A stretch of DNA of 64,000 nt from Poseidonia sp. (lineage in GTDB: Archaea; Thermoplasmatota; Poseidoniia; Poseidoniales; Poseidoniaceae), in assembly GCA_965661285.1 (NCBI GenBank), contig CBFIDD010000003.1, positions 192,001 to 256,000 on the forward strand. The letters run 5' to 3'. Both the position numbers and the translations under genes were made by a program. Of this stretch, positions 47,543-56,883 are shown piece after piece; position 1 is the first letter of the stretch; the number at the start of each line of letters is the position of its first letter. A model generated the notes under the pieces. It saw only the letters and a program-made list of their open reading frames with translations. It did no database searches and was not told the DNA's origin.

Positions 47543-50500
47543 TCAATCAAGGTCAAGGTCGAGCCCCGATTCAGCTTCTGCTTGAACTTCCTGCGTGCCG
47601 TCCATCGCGTTTCCTTCGAGGACGGGGACGGATTTTTCCTCGCTTGTCGCTTTCTCTGAAGGGGCCTTGAAGGCGTCCCACGACGTGAGCAAATCGATTT
47701 CTTCGAGGGCTCGGCGCCGCCGGGCCACCATGAACGCAACGAGGCCCGCAATGGACACCAAGCCAAGCGCTGCGCCGGCCAAAAGCAGGCCACGCATGTC
47801 GTCTTCCGGCGCTTCGACGATGAGGTTTCTTGACATGAAGTCAATGTTGGCGTTCTCGCCCACCCCGTCCTTGGCGACGATCTTCAGCAAGGGGCGACCG
47901 GTGGTTTCCGGTCGCCATTCAATGACACCTTCCCACACACCATCGCCATCCTCATCGCTCAAGTTGGCCTCCCACTGCTGGATACCGAGGGTGATGTTCA
48001 CGCGCACATCGCTGGTGGTCCCATCGGGGTCGCTGAGGGCAATGCGAACGGTCAGGGTGTTGAGTTCGTCTTGCGTAAACGTTTCAGAACTGAGCACGAG
48101 GGAATCTCGGTCGAGGGATGGAAGACTGGATTGGAGGGTGATGTTGACGTGTTGTTCAACCGAGTTACCACGGGCGTCTTCCACATACAACGAAAGATGG
48201 TATTCACCGGGTTGGAGTCCAGTAAGCTCGTCCTTTGAGCGCGTGGACAACACCTCGGGCTCACTCAGTTCTGGAGCGTAGCGTCGCCACTCGCGCACGG
48301 TCAAATCGTTATCAGCATCGTAGGAGGCTTCCTCGAGCAGCAAGGCGCCGCCAGGAACGATGGACTGCCGGTTTTCTGGGGAGATCAACACCAACACGGG
48401 CGCCGATTCGACCACGGTCAGAGCGAAGCCCTCGTCTCGCGAGGCACCGGTATCGTCGGTGAGCGTCACCGTCATCTGATGTTCACCTGCGTTCAGCGTG
48501 AAGGCGTGTTGTTCGTTGGGGTCAACGTCCACCAGCAGCGGATCGCTCGCTTCCGATGAACGCAGCGTGATGGTGAAGTTGTCCCCGTCGTAATCTACGC
48601 TCTGCGATACATCGAGCATGAACATCGTCGACGAAGGATGAACGGTGCCGGGCTGCGGACTGACCAAGCCAAGGACCGGCGCAGAGGGCGTTACCGTGAC
48701 GGTTCGGGTGGTCGTGATGGGGTCGTGAATGCCGTCGTCAACGCTCAGTGTAATCTCATGTTCCCCAGCGCTCAGGCGTCGTTCAAACAACAACCAGTCT
48801 TCGCCTTCCGGCGTCAATCGGCCGTCAAGGCTGCTCATCCAGGTGACCACAAGGAATTCCGACCCGGTGGCCGGCTCAACCTCTGCACAGACCCATTCAC
48901 CTTCCGTGGGGAAGGTGGAGCAGGCAGCGTCGTAGTCGCCTGAACCGTTGGCAGAGAAGGAAATCAACTCGGAGCTGTCGAAGGTTTGGGCCGGCGGTGA
49001 AGCAATGACCGCCACGGGCTCGGCGTTGTCGACCGTGAGCAGGATGGAGGCCGTTTTGCTTTGGTTAGCATGTTCTGCACGGTCGTCGGTGACCTCCATC
49101 GTGATGGTGTGAACGCCGCGGGAAAGGTGGCCTTCCCAAACCAGCGCTGAGCCGACCTGCAGCAGCCCGTCAAGCGATGAGGTGAAGGTGGTCGTCAGCG
49201 CGTCGCCTTCGGGGTCGACGGTTGCGCTTCCGTCGAGGGTCACGAGGGCCTCACTCGCACTGGACGAACGGTTCACCGTGAACACCGGGTCTGGAATTTC
49301 ATTGTAAAGCATCACAGGGACGCTGTAGGTGGCGTTGTTACCGACCTCGTCCCAAGCCAGTACGGTCATGGTGAAGGAAGCGGGAGGATCGTCATCGACG
49401 TGGTCGAAGGTGTAGGTGAGTTCCTCTGGACATCCCCACTGGTTTCCCCAACCGTGGCCCTGACGGTTGTATCCGCTGAACGTGATGAGGCAAGCAAAGT
49501 CGTCACCTTCAGGGTCGTAGGTTCCCGTGGTATTGACGGTGACGGTGCCCGTTTGCGGCATGATAAGCTCGCTCCACGGGTTGAGGGCAGGTTCGAAATC
49601 AACCACGAGCACCGGTGCAAAGTTGACCAGTTCGATGGTTCGCGTCTCAGACACGCAATGCGTGGGGTCACAAATCTCCAGCGTGACCTCGTGAATTCCA
49701 TCGCTCAACGAGATTCCGGAAACGAGGTTATTCACTCGAAACATATCGGTTTGTGTTGCAAAAAGACCGTCAACGGAGGAGGTCCATTCGTAGGTCAGTG
49801 CATCGTTGTCAAGATCCCACGAATCGGACGCATTGAATTCCACCTCTGCTTGCGACGGGAACACGCTGCTGTCTTCGGGGGTGGTCCAGTGAATGAACGG
49901 TGCTTGGTTCGCCAGCGGAAGATGGCAGTAGACGACGCGGTCCTGGTCAAAGGTCGTGGAGGTCGAGTTTGCCACCCCGGAATAGCCACAATCGATGTTC
50001 GCAACGTTGTACGAACTTTCTCCCGTCGACGTCCATCGCTGTCCGATGAAATCAGGCAAGAACAACTGCCCGATGTCGTTGGCAGGCAGCGTGAAGGCCG
50101 GCTCATACGCATCAAAGGTCACGTTGACGGTGGCTCCGGGGACGCCGTTTGAGTAGTTGTTCACGACCCAGACCGTCAAGTCCCAAGCGATGTCCAACTG
50201 CGCACCGGAGGCGAGCACGGCCGAAGCATAGGAAACGCCCACCGGCTGATGCAAGTGAAGCGTCGAAGACGCATCGAGGTCCAACACGGTCGGACTCCCT
50301 GTGGCCCCTCGGTCGTCGGTGAACGCCGACCAGTTCACCTGGCTGTTCGTGAAGGTGAGGTCGCCGGTGCAGCCGGTGGAGATGCGATTGCCGTGGCCTG
50401 CAAGGAAGGTGTGGCCGTCGAACACCGCACAGTCGGTGCCCGAAAACACGGTGTTGTTGAGGTAGGAAGCAAACTGGCCGTTGTTATCGCCTTGCCAGTC

Positions 50501-52345
50501 CAAGCCGGTGTGATTCCCCGCCATCGTGAGGCCGTCCACATGCACGGCTGCACGGTGAAGTTTGACGGCGGGTTGACTTGGGCTTTCTGCCTCAACGTGG
50601 AGGTTCGTGATGTGGATGCGTCCGCTGGCGCCTACAGGCATGGTGTCGCCGTTGTCAACCTCGAGTGCGGGAAGGTCCAGCGCATTGTCCTCCAAATGCA
50701 CGTTTTCAAGCCAAAGGTCCACCGAATTGACGGCGAGAATGCCGTGGCCGGTCGAGCCAGTGACGATGCACGACCAGCATCGCACATCACCGGATGAAGA
50801 TTCAACATCGTTGGATTCTTCATAATATAGCCCCGCCTGTTCCTCAGCATTTGCTGAGGCCGAGGCACCGTTGTTTTCGGCGGTCAAATTCCAGAAATCA
50901 ATGCGCCGGGCATCCAAGACATGCGCACCTGAATAGCCATTGTCCGATAGGTGCATGCCTTCGATGGCGACGGTGGCACGGTCGACGATGATGCCCTGTT
51001 TTGTGTTGTTGTGGAGGAACCAATCGCTGCCTTGCATGGCGCCTCCAGAAGTGGAATGTACGCCCGGGCCAACCGATCCGGAGACTTCCAAGCCCTCAAA
51101 GGTCGGGGCGAAGAAGGAGGAACGTATTGACACACCGGCTTCGTGAGGCCCTTGGCCGGGGTCGCCGGAATCGCGAACCGTCAAATTGCGGAAGGTGGTG
51201 GTGGCATCCACGAAATACAACCGCACGCCAACGGTGGTGGAATCCTCGATGAGTGTGTCATCAAACCAGGCCCCGGTCGCGTTCACTTCAAGGGCAGCGT
51301 AGCCAATATTGGGCGTTTTTGAGTCGGAGCCGCCCGTTCCTGTGATGGTCAGGTTCGTGAAGTCAGCCGTTTCGTAATTGGTGTAGTTGGTGTGATTGTT
51401 TTTGTCAACATAAACACCGCGGTACATCGAATCACTGATGTGGGCGTGTCGCACCACAGCGTGGGTGTAGCCACCGTCATCGATGTGTCGGATGACCATG
51501 CCGGTATCGGATTTGGCAATACTGATGTTCGTGAGTAGCGGTTGGCTGTCCTCAACCCAAATACCGGCGACCATGGCCCAAGTAGAGCCCGTACAATTGT
51601 CGATGGTGATGCCCTGAATCAAACCGCCCGAGCCGCCCCAGATGTTCACGGCTCTGGTCAAGATGTCTGAGAACACGGCCCGATTGACGATGGGTGTTGA
51701 ACCGTCGCCAACGGAGAGACCCAAACCGTAGCGCCAATCGTTTTGGAAGCCAAGGTCTCGACCTGCACGGTCGACGTAGAGGTCCGTGATGCTCGGGGAT
51801 GCTGAGTTGAACAGGTCAACAGCGACCCGGTCGGGGTTGACCACAGTCAGGTTCTCGATGACGGGGTTGGACCCGTAGATGGTCACGCCGTAAATGGCGT
51901 CCTCGATGGTTAAGTTTTGAATGAGCGAGCCGCGCCCGGATGAGGAGGCGTTGAACTGGACGCCTTCGTGGTCGCTAAGGCCTGCGGCTTCGATGATGAC
52001 CGGACAGGATTGGGTGCCGAGCACCGTGAGGCGACCGTCCACGACGATGCGATCGTTGGCGGGAATCCGCACCACCGTACAGGGCTGGATGATGACTTCA
52101 TCCGCTACGCCGATGGTGTAAGTCCCCGTCAGGGTTTGGGTACCTGACCAAGTGGTTTGCGCTCGCCCTTGGGTGAAGTGAGGGTTGACCTCGTCGCTGG
52201 TCACCACCGAGGTGGGCGCTGCCGGTGTCATGTGCATCCCGAGGGGAAGAAGAAACAACAGAACGAGCCATAAAGCGAGGGAAATATCGGGCTCTCCTCG
52301 CTTCATACCTTCAAGGGAGCCGTCTTCCCTCTTCAAAGGTCGCAT
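47543..52345 (-). CDS. Large surface protein: right-handed beta-helix, tandem PKD/Ig-like domains and C-terminal TM
   Basis: Signal peptide; parallel beta-helix repeats; repeated DxDxD.L...WxSSxDG and GxHxITLxVxD; TM followed by RRRR; start may be 13 codons later. Confidence 0.8.
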   Translation of the reverse strand: MRPLKREDGSLEGMKRGEPDISLALWLVLLFLLPLGMHMTPAAPTSVVTSDEVNPHFTQGRAQTTWSGTQTLTGTYTIGVADEVIIQPCTVVRIPANDRIVVDGRLTVLGTQSCPVIIEAAGLSDHEGVQFNASSSGRGSLIQNLTIEDAIYGVTIYGSNPVIENLTVVNPDRVAVDLFNSASPSITDLYVDRAGRDLGFQNDWRYGLGLSVGDGSTPIVNRAVFSDILTRAVNIWGGSGGLIQGITIDNCTGSTWAMVAGIWVEDSQPLLTNISIAKSDTGMVIRHIDDGGYTHAVVRHAHISDSMYRGVYVDKNNHTNYTNYETADFTNLTITGTGGSDSKTPNIGYAALEVNATGAWFDDTLIEDSTTVGVRLYFVDATTTFRNLTVRDSGDPGQGPHEAGVSIRSSFFAPTFEGLEVSGSVGPGVHSTSGGAMQGSDWFLHNNTKQGIIVDRATVAIEGMHLSDNGYSGAHVLDARRIDFWNLTAENNGASASANAEEQAGLYYEESNDVESSSGDVRCWSCIVTGSTGHGILAVNSVDLWLENVHLEDNALDLPALEVDNGDTMPVGASGRIHITNLHVEAESPSQPAVKLHRAAVHVDGLTMAGNHTGLDWQGDNNGQFASYLNNTVFSGTDCAVFDGHTFLAGHGNRISTGCTGDLTFTNSQVNWSAFTDDRGATGSPTVLDLDASSTLHLHQPVGVSYASAVLASGAQLDIAWDLTVWVVNNYSNGVPGATVNVTFDAYEPAFTLPANDIGQLFLPDFIGQRWTSTGESSYNVANIDCGYSGVANSTSTTFDQDRVVYCHLPLANQAPFIHWTTPEDSSVFPSQAEVEFNASDSWDLDNDALTYEWTSSVDGLFATQTDMFRVNNLVSGISLSDGIHEVTLEICDPTHCVSETRTIELVNFAPVLVVDFEPALNPWSELIMPQTGTVTVNTTGTYDPEGDDFACLITFSGYNRQGHGWGNQWGCPEELTYTFDHVDDDPPASFTMTVLAWDEVGNNATYSVPVMLYNEIPDPVFTVNRSSSASEALVTLDGSATVDPEGDALTTTFTSSLDGLLQVGSALVWEGHLSRGVHTITMEVTDDRAEHANQSKTASILLTVDNAEPVAVIASPPAQTFDSSELISFSANGSGDYDAACSTFPTEGEWVCAEVEPATGSEFLVVTWMSSLDGRLTPEGEDWLLFERRLSAGEHEITLSVDDGIHDPITTTRTVTVTPSAPVLGLVSPQPGTVHPSSTMFMLDVSQSVDYDGDNFTITLRSSEASDPLLVDVDPNEQHAFTLNAGEHQMTVTLTDDTGASRDEGFALTVVESAPVLVLISPENRQSIVPGGALLLEEASYDADNDLTVREWRRYAPELSEPEVLSTRSKDELTGLQPGEYHLSLYVEDARGNSVEQHVNITLQSSLPSLDRDSLVLSSETFTQDELNTLTVRIALSDPDGTTSDVRVNITLGIQQWEANLSDEDGDGVWEGVIEWRPETTGRPLLKIVAKDGVGENANIDFMSRNLIVEAPEDDMRGLLLAGAALGLVSIAGLVAFMVARRRRALEEIDLLTSWDAFKAPSEKATSEEKSVPVLEGNAMDGTQEVQAEAESGLDLDLD

Positions 52346-52407
52346 GTTTTGTCCAGCGGCATCTCAAGGGAGTAACCCATAAGACCCGATTTCCAATCCA
52401 TTAAAGC

Positions 52408-52641
52408 ATGCCCGAGGCTTTTGTCCTGTTCAAAACAGAACCAACCCATGAACGAGAGGTGTACCTTTCGCTTATGGAACACGATGATGTCGCCGAAGTT
52501 CACGCGCTCTACGGCGAATTTGACCTGCTCGTACGCATCACATCTCCAACCTCGAAAGAACTCACCACACTCCTGATGCAGTCCTTTCGAAAAATCGACG
52601 GCGTGAAAGAAACACAAACGCTGATTGCGGTGGAGGCCTGA
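52408..52641 (+). CDS. Stand-alone Lrp/AsnC ligand-binding (RAM) domain protein
   Basis: AFVL, EVHALYGEFDLL, IDGVKETQTLI. Confidence 0.9.
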   Translation: MPEAFVLFKTEPTHEREVYLSLMEHDDVAEVHALYGEFDLLVRITSPTSKELTTLLMQSFRKIDGVKETQTLIAVEA

Positions 52642-52643
52642 CC

Positions 52644-52877
52644 ATGGCCATCGGATTTGTACTCATGACCACCTTGCCGGGAGAAGAAGCACATGTTCGT
52701 GATGCGCTCAGCAAGGTGGATTTGGTCACCGACCACTGGATGCTGTTTGGCGAGTACGACCTCATCGCTCGTGTTCAAGCCGACGAGGAGTACGCCCTCA
52801 CACGATGCATCGTTGAGGAAATCCGTCAGCTTCCCGGCATCAAAGAAACAAAAACGCTCATCGGCGCAGAACTCTGA
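52644..52877 (+). CDS. Stand-alone Lrp/AsnC ligand-binding (RAM) domain protein
   Basis: GFVL, LFGEYDLIARV, LPGIKETKTLI. Confidence 0.9.
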   Translation: MAIGFVLMTTLPGEEAHVRDALSKVDLVTDHWMLFGEYDLIARVQADEEYALTRCIVEEIRQLPGIKETKTLIGAEL

Positions 52878-52879
52878 GT

Positions 52880-55051
52880 TCACAGCACCCGATGCAAACG
52901 TTGGGTGACGGCTCGAGCAGCCTTGGTGCAGCCCGCTTGGCGAAACCAACGTGCAGATTCACGGAGGGCTGATGCCGATGCGTTCGGGTCAAGGTGGCCT
53001 TTGAGGTACCACCAACGAGCGGCGTACCGATGGCCGGGAGCGCCGCCTTCCAGCCAAGCAGAGGGTGATGGAAGCGAGGCATGAATTTCGGCGGCCCGTC
53101 CGCGGTGGTCTGCCACGAGGTGTTCTGCATACGTCAGCCCGACAACGGCTGCGTGAAACGGTGAGGATTGGGCGGCGACCGCCTGGTCGTACGCCTTCTG
53201 AAGTGCGTCGGACGTTGTGCGACCGAACGCAAGGTTGGCCTTGAATTTGGCATGGAGAACGATGGGGTCGTGTGCGTGACTCAACGATTCGAGCCCTTCG
53301 ATGAGCGAATCCACCTGATTGGCGTCCTTGTTGAACAGGGCTAAGGTCAGGCGGACGAGGGTGATGCTCACGGTGATGGACGCCCGAGAAGTCATGTCGT
53401 CCGGCAATCGGATTCGGCTCAGCACGCGTTGAACGTCGTCGCCCTCGATGGTTTTGGGCTGGTCGAAGACCCTGTCCTCAATGCGTTGCACGGCCGCACG
53501 CAGGAGCCAGCGCACACCATCAAGGTCGGATGCATCGTCAAGTTGGGCCTCCAACAGACGTTCCGCTTCCTGCTCATTCCCCTCGATTCGAGCCAATTCG
53601 TAGGCCAGTTCATTTCTCAGGGACGGAGCGTGAACACGACGCAGATGCTGACGTGCAATCGCTGGCTCTTGGCGGTGGACGGCGATTCTGCCCGCCCAGT
53701 ACTGCAGGTTTTCTTGGTCGGGTCGATGCGAAGTGGCCCGGTCAAAGATGACCGCCATAGCGCCGCTCTGTTCGAGCATCAGCGATTCAAAACGCTCGGC
53801 CATCCCCTCTGCGAACCGATCGTCATCGAGCGCCATCGTATGGTAGAGATGAAGAACGGCGTAAGCAGGTTGGTCAAGGTGGTTGGCCCAGTGGTCAGCT
53901 GCGGCTTGATGAAGCGAACGCAGACGGTCTTCGTCGAGCATCGTGCGTCGAACATTGCGAATCAAGTGCTGAATTTCAAGCGAGGTATCGTCGTCGGTCC
54001 ACCGAAGTAAAGCCCGTTCATCGAGTTCGCCAATGGAAGAGGCGCCAGGCACCATCTCGGCCGAAAGCGGCCGGGGAAACAGGACCATCCCGTCCATGGC
54101 TTCCAAAACATCGTCATCGAGACCCTCAAGCATGGTTTGTTCAACAAAGGCTTGGATGTCTTCACCGGCTTCAGGCAGTTGGTCGCCTTCCCGATAGAGG
54201 TTCAGTGCCATGGGGTGGCCGTCAAGGGCTTTGGCCACGTTCAAACGATGTGAGGCATCCATGTGGTCGCCCAGCAAATCCTTAGCATCCTTCGCATCGA
54301 GTGTTTCGAGTTTCAGCATCGCCCAGTCTACACCCTCCGGAAGCGGGAGTCGGCCGGCGACAACCACGGTTTGTTCATTGGCGCGAAGGTCGTTGAGCAG
54401 GTCCAAAACAGCCGCCTGATGACGCCGTTCCAGCAGGTGAAGGTCGTCCACAATGAAGACCTGTTGGCCCGATTGTGCAATGTGTTCAACCATCGCTTCC
54501 GGGTCAACCGGAAGGGGAGAGGTTTCAGGAAACCAAGCCTGCATCAAGGTGTGCGCATCGCTGAGCGAATCCACCGTGGCCCAACGAACGGGTTGTTGGC
54601 TGGACTGCGCAGCCCACGCCTTCAGAAGCGTGGTCTTACCAACACCAGAAAGCCCGCCAATCGCCACGCGGTTTGCCTTACCGACCACCCGATTGAGTTG
54701 CTCAAGTTCCTGTTGTCGACCGATGAGATGGAACGCAGGTGGCCCCGATTCTGGAACGGATTCAGCCATCTCCTCTTGCGGATGATCAGCCAGCCAGCCA
54801 CGACCCTGTTCCGTGATGTGGTACACCTGCCTCCGACGAGAACCTCCACCCAGCACGTGGGCGACACGCACCACGATGAGACCGTCGTCCAGCAGCGCCT
54901 TCAGCGGTTGATTCAGTCCCGAGCGGACCACACCCATCGCTTCTGAAAGCCCAGGTAAGGACACCGAGCGAGGAACGTCCCAAGCCTCTGCAAGCGCATC
55001 GGGAAAGGTCCCGAGGTAGCGCAATAATTTCTCTTGAGAACGGCTCAACAT
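52880..55051 (-). CDS. wHTH-STAND NTPase with helical-repeat C-terminus (putative regulator)
   Basis: N-terminal wHTH (LSEAMGV...YHITEQG), IGRQQEL, Walker A GLSGVGKTT, Walker B IVDDLH, GHPMAL (GxP). Confidence 0.75.
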   Translation of the reverse strand: MLSRSQEKLLRYLGTFPDALAEAWDVPRSVSLPGLSEAMGVVRSGLNQPLKALLDDGLIVVRVAHVLGGGSRRRQVYHITEQGRGWLADHPQEEMAESVPESGPPAFHLIGRQQELEQLNRVVGKANRVAIGGLSGVGKTTLLKAWAAQSSQQPVRWATVDSLSDAHTLMQAWFPETSPLPVDPEAMVEHIAQSGQQVFIVDDLHLLERRHQAAVLDLLNDLRANEQTVVVAGRLPLPEGVDWAMLKLETLDAKDAKDLLGDHMDASHRLNVAKALDGHPMALNLYREGDQLPEAGEDIQAFVEQTMLEGLDDDVLEAMDGMVLFPRPLSAEMVPGASSIGELDERALLRWTDDDTSLEIQHLIRNVRRTMLDEDRLRSLHQAAADHWANHLDQPAYAVLHLYHTMALDDDRFAEGMAERFESLMLEQSGAMAVIFDRATSHRPDQENLQYWAGRIAVHRQEPAIARQHLRRVHAPSLRNELAYELARIEGNEQEAERLLEAQLDDASDLDGVRWLLRAAVQRIEDRVFDQPKTIEGDDVQRVLSRIRLPDDMTSRASITVSITLVRLTLALFNKDANQVDSLIEGLESLSHAHDPIVLHAKFKANLAFGRTTSDALQKAYDQAVAAQSSPFHAAVVGLTYAEHLVADHRGRAAEIHASLPSPSAWLEGGAPGHRYAARWWYLKGHLDPNASASALRESARWFRQAGCTKAARAVTQRLHRVL

Positions 55052-55158
55052 GGAAAGAACAGGAGAGGCTTGCGCGCCTCCTTCATCAAACATCCCCACC
55101 GTTGCTCCGCTGAGCCCACAGGGTTGCCCTTTTGAGTCAGGGCAGGCGTGGGAAGACC

Positions 55159-56883
55159 ATGCCCGTGGACTTGGCTTCGGCTGACCTTCCACACGAACCT
55201 GGCGTTTACCTCTTCAAAACCGAACAGGGCAGGGTGCTCTATGTGGGCAAGGCCACGCGCCTCAACGAGCGCATTCGGTCCTACTTTGCGTCCAACCCCG
55301 ACCGCCACATGATTCCAGAGCTCGTCGCTCGAGCCGACGATATCGAGTGCATCGTCACCCAAACGCCGCAGGCGGCCCTCGTGCTCGAGCGTCAGTTGAT
55401 TCGAGAACACATGCCGCGATTCAATTCCATGTTGAAGGACGACAAATCCTTCCCGTACCTGGCCATGACCAACCACGAGTTCCCACGCATCATTTACTCT
55501 CGGCGACCACCCAAAAATGCGCAACAGTGGGGGCCGTTTCCCAATGCAGGTGCTGCCAAACAGGTGATGCAGTTGCTTCGACGCCAGTTCGGTATCCGTG
55601 ACTGCAAAGAACTGCTCCCCCAAGGGTGCCTCTCCATGCACATCGGCCTGTGCGCTGGACCTTGCATTGACGGGACGGGATACGACGAGCGAGTCAAGGC
55701 CGTCCGTCGCATCTTGAACGGCGACGCCGCACCGTTGCTGGAGGAACTTGTGGCCCAGATGGACGCTGCTTCCGACGCCCAAGCCTACGAGGAAGCGGCG
55801 CATCATCGCGATATGATTCGTGCGGTCCGTGCGACCACAGGCCAGCACATCGTTTCGAGCAAGGTTTACCGGGACTGTGACGCCATCGGCATCGCCTGCG
55901 AAGGTGACCTCGCTGCCATCGTGGTCCTCCATGCCGACGAAGGCATCGTCCAGGGCCAGGAATCGTGGCCCGCCGTCCACCGAGGTGATATCGGTGAAAC
56001 CGTCTCCATGTTCATTTCCGAACATTACTCGCATCGCACACCACCGAGATTGATGCTCTCTCCAGTACCGGTGTTTGACGGCCTCCAGTCCTGGCTCAAC
56101 GAACGGCGCGGTTCTTCGGTGGAGGTGCGTACGCCCCAGCGAGGCGACCTGGAGAACCTCGCCACGCTCGCTCGCCAAAACGCCGAGATACAACTTCAGC
56201 GACTCGCCAACAAATCCAGTGGCTCCCTCGAACAACGGGCTGCCGATGAAGGCGCGAAAACCCTCGGCATGACGCAATTGGACCACATCGTCTGCTTTGA
56301 CATGGCCCAACTTCAGGGCGACGAGCGGGTGGGCGCGAGCGTCGTGATGCGCAACGGGCGACCAGCGAAGAAAGAGTACCGGAAATACGTCGTCAAAGGC
56401 GAGGCCCTCGACGACCTTCGCATGATGAAAGAAGTCGTGGTCCGCTGGGCGAAGCGACAGGAGGAGTGGCCCGACTTGCTGCTCATCGACGGAGGTGAAA
56501 CCCACCTGAGCACCATTCAACAAGCCCTTGAGGAGCACGGCTGGGCCGACCGCTTCCCCTTGGCGGCGCTGGCAAAGCGTGAGGAAACCATCTTCCGAAA
56601 CGGGATGGAGCCGTTGGTGCTCGACCGCACCGGTCGTGTGCTGGTCCACGCCAGGGATGAAGCCCACCGTTTCGTCAACGCCTTCCACCGAAAGCGCAGG
56701 AGTCGCAGCCGACTCGCTGACCCGCTGGAGGGTGTGGAGGGATTGGGCGCGAAAAAACTCCAAACGCTCTTACGTCATTTCGGAGGACGTAAAGGAATCG
56801 AGCACGCCACCGTTTCGGAATTGGAAACCGTCCCCGGCATCGGCCCGTCCTTGGCCGGTCGGATTTACGAGGCAATGCGCTAA
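55159..56883 (+). CDS. uvrC: Excinuclease ABC subunit C
   Basis: PGVYLFK..LYVGKA GIY-YIG, LKDDKSFPY, CFDMA, DLLLIDGG, RDEAHRF, HhH GLG/GIG. Confidence 0.95.
   Translation: MPVDLASADLPHEPGVYLFKTEQGRVLYVGKATRLNERIRSYFASNPDRHMIPELVARADDIECIVTQTPQAALVLERQLIREHMPRFNSMLKDDKSFPYLAMTNHEFPRIIYSRRPPKNAQQWGPFPNAGAAKQVMQLLRRQFGIRDCKELLPQGCLSMHIGLCAGPCIDGTGYDERVKAVRRILNGDAAPLLEELVAQMDAASDAQAYEEAAHHRDMIRAVRATTGQHIVSSKVYRDCDAIGIACEGDLAAIVVLHADEGIVQGQESWPAVHRGDIGETVSMFISEHYSHRTPPRLMLSPVPVFDGLQSWLNERRGSSVEVRTPQRGDLENLATLARQNAEIQLQRLANKSSGSLEQRAADEGAKTLGMTQLDHIVCFDMAQLQGDERVGASVVMRNGRPAKKEYRKYVVKGEALDDLRMMKEVVVRWAKRQEEWPDLLLIDGGETHLSTIQQALEEHGWADRFPLAALAKREETIFRNGMEPLVLDRTGRVLVHARDEAHRFVNAFHRKRRSRSRLADPLEGVEGLGAKKLQTLLRHFGGRKGIEHATVSELETVPGIGPSLAGRIYEAMR

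Noticed and set aside
55045-56763. 572-aa minus-strand ORF
   Set aside because: Antisense shadow of uvrC. Long shadow ORFs are common throughout this window because of codon bias.
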